In this document: in pieces, positions 1 to 17,980 of the stretch | How positions within the stretch are numbered: the first letter of the stretch is position 1 | How the letters are laid out: the number at the start of each line of letters is the position of its first letter | Assembly (NCBI GenBank): GCA_963693365.1 | Contig: CAVNZM010000005.1 | Span: forward strand, 10,935,728-10,999,727 | Length of the DNA stretch: 64,000 bases | DNA from: Amoebidium appalachense | Lineage: Eukaryota > Protista > Ichthyosporea | Direction of reading: 5' to 3' | The notes under the pieces: model-generated | What the model saw: the letters and a program-made list of their open reading frames with translations, nothing else | What the model was told of the DNA's origin: nothing | Databases searched by the model: none | Program-made: the position numbers and the translations under genes

Positions 1-2975
1 GGTTTTACTTTTGTATATTACCTACCATCTATGTCGGTTGCCGAATTGACTCACGAGTTGTCACAGTTACCAATGTCCACTGTTATTTTAGGTGATTTTA
101 ACACGCGACTCCACCACACAGACACACTGCAAGTGAGTGGCGGGTACCCATCTATAGCTAAGCCCCCGGAGCGCGCTATCCCTTTAGCAAGGTATCAATC
201 TGGTATGTCCAAAGTTACACTTTGCGATTCCCTCAAATATCCCATGCCCACAACACCGACTGGGGAGTGGCCTTCTGGCCATCAACCATGTCAAAACTCT
301 CTCTCCCTCCTAACCTCTCTAGGTTCTGACCACCCTCCTATCCTTTTCCTACCTAATATATCCCTTGATCTGCTCCCCCCTCCTCCTCCCACCTTTCGCC
401 TCCGTCTATCCCAGCTCAAGTCAAAGTGGGTAGAGTTGATGTATGTGTATGCTATGCAACGAAACACCCTATATATATGCGCCTATTAGAATCTGCACAA
501 GCCAGACCAGATTCACATCTCGTACTAGATACATGCACTAACTTTATTGTTGATGATTTAATAGATCTCGGTGATTATGCTGGTGGTGGTAGGAAGGAAT
601 ATCCCGATGCTCTCTTGTTACCAAACACCACTCCCGCTAGACTAGGTGAGCCCCTGTCCCAAATGGAAAGCTTGCTCCGGCATGCTAGTATGAATCGATT
701 TGCCCCCCCTGTTTTTCTTGTCTTCTCAGTATGCCGTGCATACTTGCACATCTTTCCGTCGAATAAATCCAGTCAAAAGAAAAAAGGCCCCCCTGCTACT
801 GTTTAAAGATAGGACCCCCGCTCAGAAACCTATTGTGTGGCCTGTAGACCCATCTGTCCCCTTAGAATCGATCCTCCCCTTTTTCAGTTCCGATACCATA
901 TGGTCTGTGATACCTAGTTATAGCTCTAGTAAGTCGTGTGGACCTGATGGACTTCCTGCTGGGTTTCTTAAAATCCTTGTTCCCCCCTACCCACAAAAGG
1001 AAAATGATCGTGCTATTAAACCTGATCTTACTATTATGTTAAGCTCTCTCTTTTCTTGGTGTGTTAAATGTGGACATGTACATGTCCGTCATCTTGGTTA
1101 GATACCTTAGTGATCCCCATAGTTAAGAAGGACTCTGAGGGCCCCATATCATCTTTTCGCCCCATCACACTAACCCAGGTTGTTCGTAGATTCTTTGAAG
1201 CTTGCTTACTTAGGTTATGTGCACATCACCCTAGGTTTCAATCTATTCTTCACATACACCCATGCCAATCCGCTTTTCGTAAGAACAATTCATGTTATGT
1301 TCAAATAATGGCACTGCACGATTCTATGCAAGTTGGTGCACGATATGTTGGCTTTATTGATTGGAAAACTGCTTACGATTCTGTCTCCCCTGGTCCCCTA
1401 TGGGAAAAGCTTGCTGCACGGGGTGTACCACACTGCATTGGTGTTCTGTTAGAAGCACTCTTTGTCTCAAACCTATGGCAGAGCTGTGGTTAATGGGCAT
1501 CTTTCATATGGTTTTGCTCGTACTAGAGGTCTCTTGCAGGGTTCATTTCTTAGCCCCTTTTTGTTTAACCTATCTATAGATGATCTGGCTGTCAAGATTT
1601 ATGCCGAAAATGATGACCCTATTAATAACTTTCCGCCTGCACTTCTCTATGCTGATGATCTGTCCCTCCTTGCCCGTACCCCTAGACACCTGCAAAGATT
1701 GTTCGATGTAGTGTCAGAGTGGTGCAAGGCAAACCTTATGATCCTTAACATAGACAAATGTGGTGTTCTTGTACCTGATATAGCTAACAATTTACACACA
1801 TTTACATTATCATCTAAACCTGTACCTACAGTTCCAGAATACAAATATCTCGGTGTTCCGGTTAATTCTGTTGGTGTTATGTTTTCCCATATGGTCGAAA
1901 AGAGGGTAGAGTTGGCTCGTAAGCGGTTAGCTTTCTTCTCGGCTAATATTTTTAAAGACACACCCCTCCATCCTTCTATTAGACTTACATTTATTCGCAC
2001 TTTTGTCTTCCCGGCATGTGAATATGGTTTACCCCTTCTCGCCGCTTGGATCAAGACGGAGAGAACTAGAGCGCTTAAACCCTTAGCAAATTTCCTCGAA
2101 GCAGAAGTTGCCTCCTTTCTATCCAACAACTGTTGTAAACCTGGGCCTGTAACGCTCTCGATATATGGTCTGGTCCCAATAGCTGCTAGAGTATCCCATC
2201 TCGCGCTGAAATTCAATAAGCACATAAGCCGCTTAAAGAAGTATTTGCCCTCCCACCCTCTCTTCTCTATCCGACCTGTCCCCTCCTCACCTCTCCCCTC
2301 TTTCCTTCCCTCTCTCTCCCCTTCTCCCCCGGGCACAAATACAAATAAACCCCGCAAAAGTGTGCGTGTGACTTTGGACTGCCACTTACTTATTAAACAT
2401 GTACACAATCACAAGATAATCACGCAATATAACAAATTGAAAAAGATACCACACGACACTAGACCCGATGAAAGCAGACACCTTGAAAAACTAAGCTTTA
2501 CAGTGTCTCGTTTTATATATAATGACCGCCTCAACCATATTGCCAAATATGGCACTCGCAAATGTATAACACCTAAATACATATTATCTTCCTGTAGAAC
2601 TGGTCTTTCTCTAGCTGATGGTATTATTGATCAATTACCACGCTTTTGCTGTACACGTGCTATACAGTGGAGATCTAATAAGCATAATAAGACCGGTGGC
2701 ATCGTTTGCATGCCCAAACAACACACACACACACACCAGTTTAAACGGTCATGTATCGCCAAATGTAGTTTGATAGACCACATAATACCGCAACACACAC
2801 ACGTCACATTCACAACAGACACCCAGAAAGATAGCCTACCTGTAAATTACAACATCCTTGATTTTATACTAAACACGCGGAACTACGACCTGTTTATTAG
2901 ATGTATTGATTGGCTTGAGAAACACATCACTACAAAATTCTAGCGCACGCACGCACACACACACACACACACACG

Positions 2976-3026
<51 letters not shown>

Positions 3027-3082
3027 CCAGCTGATACCGAGTGTCCCAGGGGAGCCCCCCCCCCCCCCCCCCGCCCAACCCC

Positions 3083-3113
<31 letters not shown>

Positions 3114-3324
3114 AAAAAAAAAAAAAAACGGGGAACCCCAACTAATTGATTTTTTTCTTTTTCTTAGTCTTTATGGTGTCTCGTAGAGAAAGTAAACCCT
3201 GATATATAGTCATCACCCGACATCTATGTACGTGATCATGATATACCGCTGAGGGGATATTCCGAGCAATAACCCCCCATACCTGAGACTGGTCTCTCTT
3301 TGCCTCGAGTAAACAGCGTATACC
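1..3324 (+). mobile_element. Non-LTR retrotransposon (APE-RT LINE, 'family A'); 5' end probably outside the window; decayed
   Basis: Endonuclease motifs ILGDFN and GSDHPPI. RT motifs KSCGPDG, FRPITL, QSAFR, IDWKTAYDSV, GLLQGSFLSPFLFN, LLYADD and YKYLG. The 3' UTR (2944-3324) recurs inverted at 27528-27871 and in part at 8200-8345. Confidence 0.95.
31..2943 (+). pseudogene. LINE ORF2 (endonuclease + reverse transcriptase + Cys-containing C-terminus) broken by a stop and several frameshifts
   Basis: Collinear domain pieces are split over ORFs 31-489, 700-1101, 1068-1493 and 1462-2943. Confidence 0.9.
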
Positions 3325-3507
3325 ACCAAAGACAAAACAATTCTTCTTGGCTCCACCATCACCCTATTCCCCTCTCCGACTTACGTGTACAAATGTGGGC
3401 ACCCCACTGGCAATGAGTCAGACTCTCTTGTGTCTTCAGTTGTTTTTTTTTGTTTTTTTTTGATGTAGGGAGAAGAGGAGGAGGGTAGATGTGCCTGACA
3501 GGTGGGA

Positions 3508-3545
<38 letters not shown>

Positions 3546-3642
3546 ATGTGCACGGCTGCTGTTAACCATGTTCGTGACCAACAACTGATTCAACGGTACA
3601 GATTACAAGTTTTCGTATGCTTCCGTATGTGCAGGTGGGCTT

Positions 3643-4044
3643 GTTTTGGTCCTGGTAAATATCTTTGATCAATCTAATGCAGTCAAGCACACGTGTTTTG
3701 GCCTCCAGAAAACATTCCATGTCACTGAGGACAAATCAGCTTCTGGAAGAGATCGTAGAAACAAAGTTGATAGGCGTGTTTTGGTCCTAGTAAATATCTT
3801 TGATCAATCTTATGCAGTCAAGCACACGTATTTTGGCCTCCAGAAAACATTCCATGTCACTGAGGACAAATCAGCTTCTGGAAGAGATCGTAGAAACAAA
3901 GTTGATAGGCGTGTTTTGGTCCTAGTAAATATCTTTGATCAATGTTATGCAGTCAAGCACACGTGTTTTGGCCTCCAGAAAACATTCCAATGTCACTGAG
4001 GACAAATCAGCTTCTGGAAGAGATCGTAGAAACAGAGTTGATAG
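3643..4044. repeat. 135-bp tandem repeat, about 3 near-identical copies
   Basis: The unit gttttggtcct(a/g)gtaaatatctttgatcaat...gttgatag starts at 3643, 3778 and 3913. Confidence 0.95.
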
Positions 4045-4480
4045 ATATGCATGGCAACGGTGAACGTACAAAAAAAGGAATTTGTTATATTATCTTGACA
4101 GCTTCATGCCCTCTGTACATGTGTTGAGTTTTTCAACGTTTCTTTTTAGTCTAATCTGCTTTTCTAAAACTGTGCTAAATCCTTATTCATGAATGCCTCA
4201 GGTAGATAACTGCTGACTGTCAGACCGTTTTTAGCAGATTGACACTACCTGACACAGTGTAAAGCCATGTGTTTCTGTGAAGTAACATTTTAACATAAGG
4301 AGGGAACGGTGGGTTGGTCGCCAAAATGAAGCAACACGTCGAGAAAAAGAAGTCTGAACAGTGAGAGACTGTACGTGGCATTGATTTGCGGCCCTTTGAT
4401 ATGTTTGTATGCGTGTTTGTGCATGTGGGTGGTGTTTTAGGTGGGGTGGCACCGTAGGCCCGGGTGGTTATGGGTGGGCA

Positions 4481-4575
<95 letters not shown>

Positions 4576-5224
4576 CGTGTGTGTTTTGGGGGGGAGGGGG
4601 GGGGGGGGGGGGGGGGGTTCCAGTTTATTCCTTAGTTTTGTGTTAATGGGGAAAAGACACAGAGTTGTAAGTGCGTAGTCTGAAAGTGTGGCGCACCATG
4701 GGTATGGTGGGAAAAAGGGCGCAAGGAGGGGACGCGGGGGTGTTTGGGGGGGGGGGGGGGGGGGGGGGGGGGGATTTTGTAAAAGGGAAACAAAAATGAG
4801 AAAGATTTTTGGCAAACACAGACATTGCACAAACCTTAGAGTCTGTAAGAGCTCTAATTGATGAAAAGATGCCACGTATCAATACGGAGGGCTTCCTGAA
4901 ATACACCCTTGTTCCTATCCATTACTCATCTGTTTCGTTGGTCGTAAGCTTCTTGGCATAACCGGTTTAGAGTTTTTCCCCCCTCCTCTTGCTTTCACTG
5001 ATTGAAAGCTCTAATGCTTCTTTTTCGTCTGACATCACACCCACACCATGTACATGCAAGAGTGCACATATCGTGCACACACACACACGTGTTACACACA
5101 CATGTGCGTGCCGCTGAGTCCCTCTACCACACATACACAAAGGCACTCATACGCGCATGCACCGTATGCACAAAGGCGCACATGTGCGCGCACACGCACA
5201 CCCACACACACACACACACACACA

Positions 5225-5280
<56 letters not shown>

Positions 5281-5504
5281 ACACACACACGTAGTGACAC
5301 GTACACACACGTACACACACGTGCTCACAAACACGCTGTAACACACACACACACACACACACATAAAATGTTACACATAACAACTTACGCATGTACACAC
5401 ACACACGCACACACAGACACTGGGCAAACAATATAGATAACTGCATCGCCCATTCCATACACACAGTGAAGAGAGGCACAAAGTGAAGAGAGGTACCCGT
5501 CATC

Positions 5505-6489
5505 ATGCATCAACAAATCGCTCAAATAACACTGCGAATTTCTTGCGCAATCGGAATGTCTGCAACTATTGGCGTTTTTTACCTTTTTCTTTCAACACAA
5601 AAACGGCGTCGCACCATTCGTCACCAACTCCTTTTCGTTCTTGCGTTGTGTGTTATGGTTACAGATGTAGGGTTTTTTATGGGTGACTGGACGTTCAAAT
5701 CTCACAGTCTGTGTGCCTTACAGGTGAGCTGTCCTTACCCCCATCCCCTCCCCCCTCCCCCCTCCCCCCTCCCCTCCCCTCCCCCCTTCTTTCCCGTCTC
5801 TAGTCCTACACACACATACACACACATAGATGCACGTGTGCTTGCGTTTGATGTGTGTGTGTGTGTGTATAGTTTGCTGTTGAGGGACTTTGTGTGATGA
5901 TACAAAGCTGCTGTTGATTTGGGGGCCCCCCGGGGGAGGGGGGGGAGAGGGGGGGGGGGGGGTGGAGAGGGGGAGGGGGGATGGAGTGTGTGTCTGTGAG
6001 TGTTCGTGCATGCGTGCCTGCTGGCACGTGGGCGTGACATATCTTATGATGAAAAGGGGGAGGGGAGGGGGGGGGGGGGGGGGGGGGGTTATAGCCGGTG
6101 AGTTACGCACGTGAATGGCTCTAACTAGAGAAGCAGAGTTACGGTGTTGTTAATGAACTTCGTGATTCCTTTCTCCACGCTCCTACTTTTTGGCACATCA
6201 TGCAACCATCTAAATGCCGTGTACGGATTTAATCATCTAAAAAGCGACGGATTGGTGTGTCTGCTGGTAAATACGTGCAGATATTCAAAAAACGCACTTT
6301 ACCCATCACGACACTCCTACACACCCCACACACATAAGACCGGAGCTATGCTATGCCCACACGCTTACACACATGTGATCCTGTGCACACACACAGGCAC
6401 GGCGTGCGCACACACACTGGCAGGCACGACGCGTGCACACACACACTGCCACACACACACATACAGATAAAACCACAGGCACACACACA

Positions 6490-6582
<93 letters not shown>

Positions 6583-7277
6583 GCTTCCTTATACAGTTTT
6601 CCAGTGGCCACGCTCTCGCGGTTGCAAATCTGATGACCCACATGACTCTCACTATTGTTTTTGGTTGGAAACCTTCGAATTTTTCATATTTTGTACCTTA
6701 TGCATACGTAATTTCGTTCGGTTATCCAATTGCTGTTGGGATATATTTTGCCTCGAATAGTATGTTTGCCCCTGCTGGCCCATGGTGCATGATCTCGGCA
6801 AAATATCCAAAACACCTTTTTTTCATGTTTCTTGGTGTGTCATGGGGCTGTATTGTATATATATCCGTTATTGCCATATTATTTCTCGTTAGGCTTCATA
6901 GGCGTGCAGCATATCTACGTTCTTTGCGAATGCCTACAACAGCAAACGCAGAGAAGTGGACAGGTATTCAAGTTTTGTCCTTTTGTGCAGTATTTACTTT
7001 TGTCTATTTCCCCCCAACCATTTTGCGTATTTATAACAAGATACACGGCACCAAGAAACAACCCCCTTTTCTCATATCTTATCCAATTGTTCTGATAACC
7101 CCCCTCGAAGGACTTTTCAATTTCTTAGTTTACGTTTTCCCTACATTATATCGGAAATATTCGAGGGTAGGAAGACTAGATCGTGTTGTTCTAAACCTGG
7201 ATTCTATGCCCCCGTCTCTTTCTCGCCCTGTGGATACATCACAAAACACATCTCGGATGCCTAGCGCACACAAGTAA
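5505..7277 (+). CDS. cAMP-receptor-like (Dicty_CAR/Git3-type) 7TM GPCR, paralogue 1; exons 5505-5723, 6582-7277
   Basis: A GT-AG phase-0 intron joins LCALQ|GFLIQF. Seven hydrophobic segments plus GPWC and PLEGLFNFLVY motifs typical of CAR-like GPCRs. Confidence 0.85.
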
Positions 7278-7903
7278 CATGGTCAAGCCGTAGCACAGGT
7301 TTTACATCCCCCCCCTCCCCCCCCCCTCCCCTTCTTCGCCCACATATCTACCCCCCCCCCCTCCCCGGCCTTCCGCCCCGTATGGCTCAATGATCCACTT
7401 AGCAGTTTTGTCCTATGTACCTCTATCTAGGTCCTCGTATGTGTGGCACACACAATTTGAAGCTTAGGTGAACGTGCACAGACCGTGAAAGACAAGGGGA
7501 AGGGAGCTTGAGAGAAAGAGAGGGAGGGAGAGAGGAAGGGGAATCAAGAGAGTGAGAGAGGGAAAGCAAGAGAGTTCGAGAAAAAGGAGGGGAAAGAGAA
7601 GGGGGGGGGGGGGGGGGGGGGGGAGAGAGAGAGGGGGGGGGGGGAGAGAGGGCAGAGGGGTTGGGGGTAGGGGGGGTGAGGATGGGGCGGAGGCGGCGGT
7701 GGCGGCGGGGGGGGGGGGGGGGGGGGGGGAGGGGGAGTGTGCGTGCGTGCACGTGTGTATGCATTGTGTGTGTTAAGTTCTGTTTGTGTTTCTTGGGAAT
7801 GCAGGCCAATCGAAATCACAAAGCTCAGGAGTCCGAATTCGAAGCGAGCACTTACAGGCATGCAAATTGGTTAAATTTTTAAACTAACGTTTAAAATGCA
7901 CAG

Positions 7904-8199
7904 GTATGCCTGGCAGTTGACTCAATGACCACAGAGACACATGCGCAAGGCCGGGGAACCACAAGAATTCTGCAACGCAAATTGGAGGAGAATCACGTCA
8001 GAACTGGGCACGTGTGAAACTAGGTATTGTGGATGAGAAAAATGAAGGCCAAGAGAGGGAGAGATCAGGGATAGCTCTGTCATGTACGAGCGAAAATCTT
8101 CGGAAAATGTGGACGTGGAGGCAACAACCAGCAGTGCCGGTGTGGAGGAGGAATGTGTAGAAAATTTACGAGGTAGGAGTGATATGAGGAAAGTACAAA
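7904..8199 (+). pseudogene. Relic terminal exon / 3' region of GPCR paralogue 1
   Basis: Homologous to 15643-15900 (VCLAVDSMTTETHAQG vs ICTALEAMTTQTHAQG; YERKSSENVDVEATTSSAGV vs YERKLENSDVEATFSSAGV) but lies downstream of the TAA at 7275-7277. Confidence 0.6.
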
Positions 8200-8345
8200 G
8201 GGGGTTTACGCTGTTTACTCGAGGCAAAGAGAACCAGTCTCAGGTATGGGGGGGGGGGGTTTGCTCGGAATATCCCCTCAGCGGTATATCATGATCACGT
8301 ACATAGATGTCGGGTGGTGACTATATATCAGGGTTTACTTTCTCT
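8200..8345 (-). mobile_element. 5'-truncated LINE family A 3' end (~146 bp)
   Basis: Near-identical reverse complement of 3186-3320 and direct match to 27529-27674. Confidence 0.9.
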
Positions 8346-8379
8346 TCGGAAGACGCTTAAGGCGAAAGCAGTTGTGCTT

Positions 8380-8446
8380 GGGGGTTTACACACTTTTTAT
8401 TGCGTGGACACTGCCGGAGGCCCAGCCACATTCGACGGCCTACTGC
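8380..8446 (-). mobile_element. 5'-truncated LINE family B 3' end (~67 bp)
   Basis: Near-identical to 26806-26871; the sense strand ends ...AATAAAAAGTGTGTAAACCCC. Confidence 0.8.
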
Positions 8447-9001
8447 GTTTAACATGCATGTTCTTTTCGTGAAATGTCTACTGGGTTAATTTTTAGCAGC
8501 TGCGCAGGGGCAAAAGATATGACGAGTAGGGCAATAGGCGGCCACTACGCCACTATAGCGATTTTTCCTCCTCCTCCTCTCCGTTTTTCTTTTTTTTTGC
8601 ATGCATGCATGCACACCCAACCACCATGGGAAGTCTTATTTGTTGAAGACCCGGCTATAACTATACATAACACCCAGTTTCTTTTTTCTGCATGAAGGGG
8701 GAAACTTGGAGGGGGGTTCCCCCCATGTGCAAACGAGTCACCGGAATATGCGATGCACATATTTGAAATGCCATAGCAGTAAGCTATCAGATGGCGTCTC
8801 CGTTTCCAGGTTTGTCGAGTATTCCTTCTCCCATGGAATAATCCCGTACGGTATCTCTCGAAACAAAGAAAGCAAAGGATAAAAATATCATATAGTAGAA
8901 GAAGAATAACGAAATGAGAGTGAAAAATAAAGAAAAATGAAGAGGGGAGGGGGGAAGGGGGATAGAGGGGGGTGAGAGAGGGAGGGAGAGGGAGAGGGAG
9001 G

Positions 9002-9092
<91 letters not shown>

Positions 9093-9128
9093 AAACCAAA
9101 GGGGGGGGGGGGGGGGGGGGGGGGGGAG

Positions 9129-9174
<46 letters not shown>

Positions 9175-9365
9175 AAAGGGGGAGAGAGAGAGGTGGGGAG
9201 GGGGGGGAGAGGAGGGGGAAAGGGGCATGGGAAGGGAGAGGCTGATAGCTACATTCCGTTTGTGCTCGAGCAGGTTGAGCGTTTGTCGGTATTTGTCTCA
9301 TGTTTTAGCCCATTTATTTAGCAAATATCAGAAGGGCGGAGGTGATGTCCCTGACTTGCTGTAAA

Positions 9366-9440
<75 letters not shown>

Positions 9441-10138
9441 AGGGGGGAGGGGGGGGGAACGGGCGGGGAAGGGGGGAGGGGGGAGGGGGGGAGAAGGCGT
9501 TTGCTGTCAACAAATCCACTGGCCTACTGCAGATTGCAGTTTGCAGTTGGCGCGTGCTTCCGTGCGTGCACGTGCGCGTGCTTTGAGCCAAGTGGATATT
9601 TTTGCTCACTCTGGTGCGGGCAAGAACACGTGTTATTGCATCCACAGGCTTCCACACAGCAATCCAATGGCAACACAACTAATATCTGCAAGAGATTTTA
9701 CACGATATTTGAATGGTACCAACAACAGGGGTGCCCCTCGGAAATTCTTTTCTTTTGCTTGTCTTCTACATTTCCATCTCAGTTTTTGAGTTCTTTTCTT
9801 TTATCTTCCTCTTTCCTCTTTGATAGTACTATTCCCTTCAGCCACTCCAGGCCCACCTAATGGGACTGAATTGGCGCGATTATTCAGCCAGAAAACGAAA
9901 GCTACTTCAAGTATGTGAAGTATTACCGTTTAGACTACTGTTGGAACGACGGGTTGACCAAAACAAATGAAGCTATAAGGTGAGAAGAAGTCAACAGTTA
10001 ATCACAGGGTAAGAAGCACTGAAATTGTTCTTACACCGTTTTATCTTTCTTTGTTGTGTGTGTGTGCGTGTGTTTGGGGGGATGGAAGGGGAAGGGGCGG
10101 GGGGAGGGAGGGGGGGAGGGGGGGGAGCGAGGGAGAGG

Positions 10139-10171
<33 letters not shown>

Positions 10172-10340
10172 AGGGGGAGGGGGAGGGCAGGAGGAAGTGG
10201 AGAGTTGCCAGTTTTGTCCTTGGTTTTGTACTCATACTTGCTGGTGGGGGGGGGGGGGGGGGGGTAATCATGATGTGACACAGATTCATTACGGTGCACA
10301 GGGGGTTTGGGAGGGAAGGAGGGGCAGGAGGAGGGAGAGA

Positions 10341-10371
<31 letters not shown>

Positions 10372-10707
10372 GATTGTCAGGATTATGGAAAGAAAACAAA
10401 AAAAGAAAAAGACAAACACAGACGTTGGAACAACCTCAAGAGTCTGTGAGAGCTGTGATGACTAAATGGCCATCTTACTGTATATCCCTCCCTACATCGG
10501 CACGCCTTTGTTTATATCTATTACTCCTGCTTGGTCGTATCCTACTTTTCGTGACCGTGTCATCTATGGGACAATCCTGTTTTTACTATTAGCGATACTA
10601 ACACCCACATTATGTATGCACATGCACATACACACACGCATACTGCGCACGCGTGAATACATTGTGTTGACATCTGTTGAGCGATACTTACGCACGCACC
10701 ATTCATG

Positions 10708-10738
<31 letters not shown>

Positions 10739-10943
10739 ACACACACACACATACACAGGCACACACACATACACACCCACACACACGTACACACACGCAC
10801 ACACACACACACACACACGGCGTGCGCGCACAACACTTGTACACACACACCCTGCACTCATTGATGAAGCACATACACATTGCACATACAGCGAATTTCT
10901 GGATAACACCAAATAGGCAGAGTGGGCAAGGGCACATCTCAAC

Positions 10944-15702
<4,759 letters not shown>

Positions 15703-16280
15703 TTCAACAACACAAAATATCCTATGGGAGGAGATTCACGTCAAAACTTCTCACGTGGCAAATGTCCTTATGTAGTTGAGAATAATGAAGGTCAAAAGAG
15801 GGAGATTAGGGATAGATATGTGATATACGAGCGAAAATTAGAAAATTCAGATGTGGAGGCGACATTTAGCAGTGCTGGTGTGGATGAGACTCAACCTGAA
15901 GCAGTACGAGATATGAATAATAGTATACGTATAGTAGAGGAAAGTGTAAATACTGAAAATGTTTGAATAGCAGTTAAGTCTAGGGGTGCTATATTGCATA
16001 CCTATATTTGTGTGTATATCTATGTATTTATCCAAACATCTCTGGGTGTCTTTGCCGGCATTTTGCGACGTAATGTTCAAATGGAACTCATGCGACGTAG
16101 GTATGACGTCACACAGGATAAAACGCAATCCTAATATCAAATATTTGCATAACCGGGGGGCCTAAACAACCGAGCAAGACAATGTTTACTTTCCCTTATC
16201 GAGGAAAAAAGATAAACTGCTAAAACAATGCAGAAGGTATCAAGAAGAAAAAAGGGGGGAATAAAAAAAAGGGAAGAAAT

Positions 16281-16319
<39 letters not shown>

Positions 16320-16475
16320 GGGGGGGGGGGGAGGGGAAAATACCCTCGTTTGGAATTGCTTTACTCACATGGCACTTCCACGATCACATACAATTTTTTA
16401 GGAAAAATGCCCTCCGATGGGACAAATCGATTGAAAATCCATTATACATTTCCACTATGAGTTGAAGCAGCCGGG

Positions 16476-16516
<41 letters not shown>

Positions 16517-16711
16517 CGAAGGCATTTCACCATTTTGAATGCATGCGCATGGCTATGTGTGTGGCTGTGGAAACGTTTAAACCAAACAGGTAATTGGGGA
16601 AGTGGGGAAGGGACTGCTTGTGGTTGGTGGTGTTGTTGGTAGCCAGGGGCAAACCCAATATGTAGCTTGCACAAGCACACCCCCACATAAAATCTGCTCA
16701 CAATTTCAGGC

Positions 16712-17141
16712 TCACGAATCCCCAAATGCTGGGAGCCGGATAGGGCGTGCATTTGGTCGAGGGTGCAAATTTGCAGGGGGTGCAGGTGTAGGGGGACCCT
16801 GGTATGCCTCATTGATCCAGCGGCTGATGTGTTCCAACTGTATCTTTCTGGCTTCCAAGACACTGGGGGTGTCCTTGGGGTGACTGAACATCAGGTCAAG
16901 GTGGTGGGCACCCTGTGGGGGGAAGGGGGGGAGAGGGGGGAGGATTAGAAGGCGGTATATGGTATGAGACAGAAGGACAAAGAAAAAAGAAAGGGGCCCA
17001 GGAGGAGAGGGGGGGGGGGGGGGGAGCTTTAAACGGTGATGCATGTGAAGGGGGAAAAGTTTGGGGGGAAGAGGGGTGGGAGGTGGGGGAAGGCCTAAGG
17101 GCAGAACGAGGATTGAGAGAGTTCCCAGTGAGCATGCCGAC

Positions 17142-17172
<31 letters not shown>

Positions 17173-17339
17173 AAAAAAAAAAAAAACCACCACGATCATC
17201 ACTACCCCCACCCCCAGTGGGCCACCACTAGTAGCGGTGGGGCATCACTTGAACGACATGGACACAGGCAAAACAATACACAAACTTGTGCATAACCCGT
17301 TGTTTTATTTTTTATTTTAACTTTTGGGGAGTCGAAGGG

Positions 17340-17377
<38 letters not shown>

Positions 17378-17852
17378 GATACCTGGTCTATGTCTATAGA
17401 CACGAGGGTGGGGTTGAGTGTCTTCAGCACACCAGCACCATACCACGGGTCATAGTTGCCGTTAGTAAACACGATGTTGCTGCCGTACTTGGCCATGTCC
17501 TCAAGTGTCCCTGGGGGGATCCATGACATTTCAGAAAATGTGCACATGTACACGTACCCAGGGCCTTTCAAAGTTACATAAAAAATTATTTTCATCAAAT
17601 TCGGGCAGTCATTTTTTACCACCTGAAACAATCGCTTTCAAGATTTACTCTGCATCACTCTGTATTATTGGAGTGATCTTTGAGACACAAATCATAGCTG
17701 GGAATATAAAACATGGGTTGCCATGGGTTCATGGGGATAACCTCGGAATGCGCCGGAAACACTTTTCCCTTTTTCTCCCTTTTTCTTTTCTTTTCTTTTC
17801 TTTTCTTTTCTTTCCTTCCTTCCTTCTTTCAAGTTATTTCTTTCTTTTTTTT

Positions 17853-17930
<78 letters not shown>

Positions 17931-17949
17931 TTTCTTCCTTTCTTTTTTT

Positions 17950-17980
<31 letters not shown>

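Noticed and set aside
3724-3790. Hammerhead core words (CUGAGGA, GAAAC, GUC) in the 135-bp repeat
   Set aside because: Stems I and II do not close and stem III needs a bulge next to the core.
8380-8446. HDV-like ribozyme in the GC-rich family B terminus
   Set aside because: The nested double pseudoknot could not be built on either strand, and it lies at the element's 3' end.
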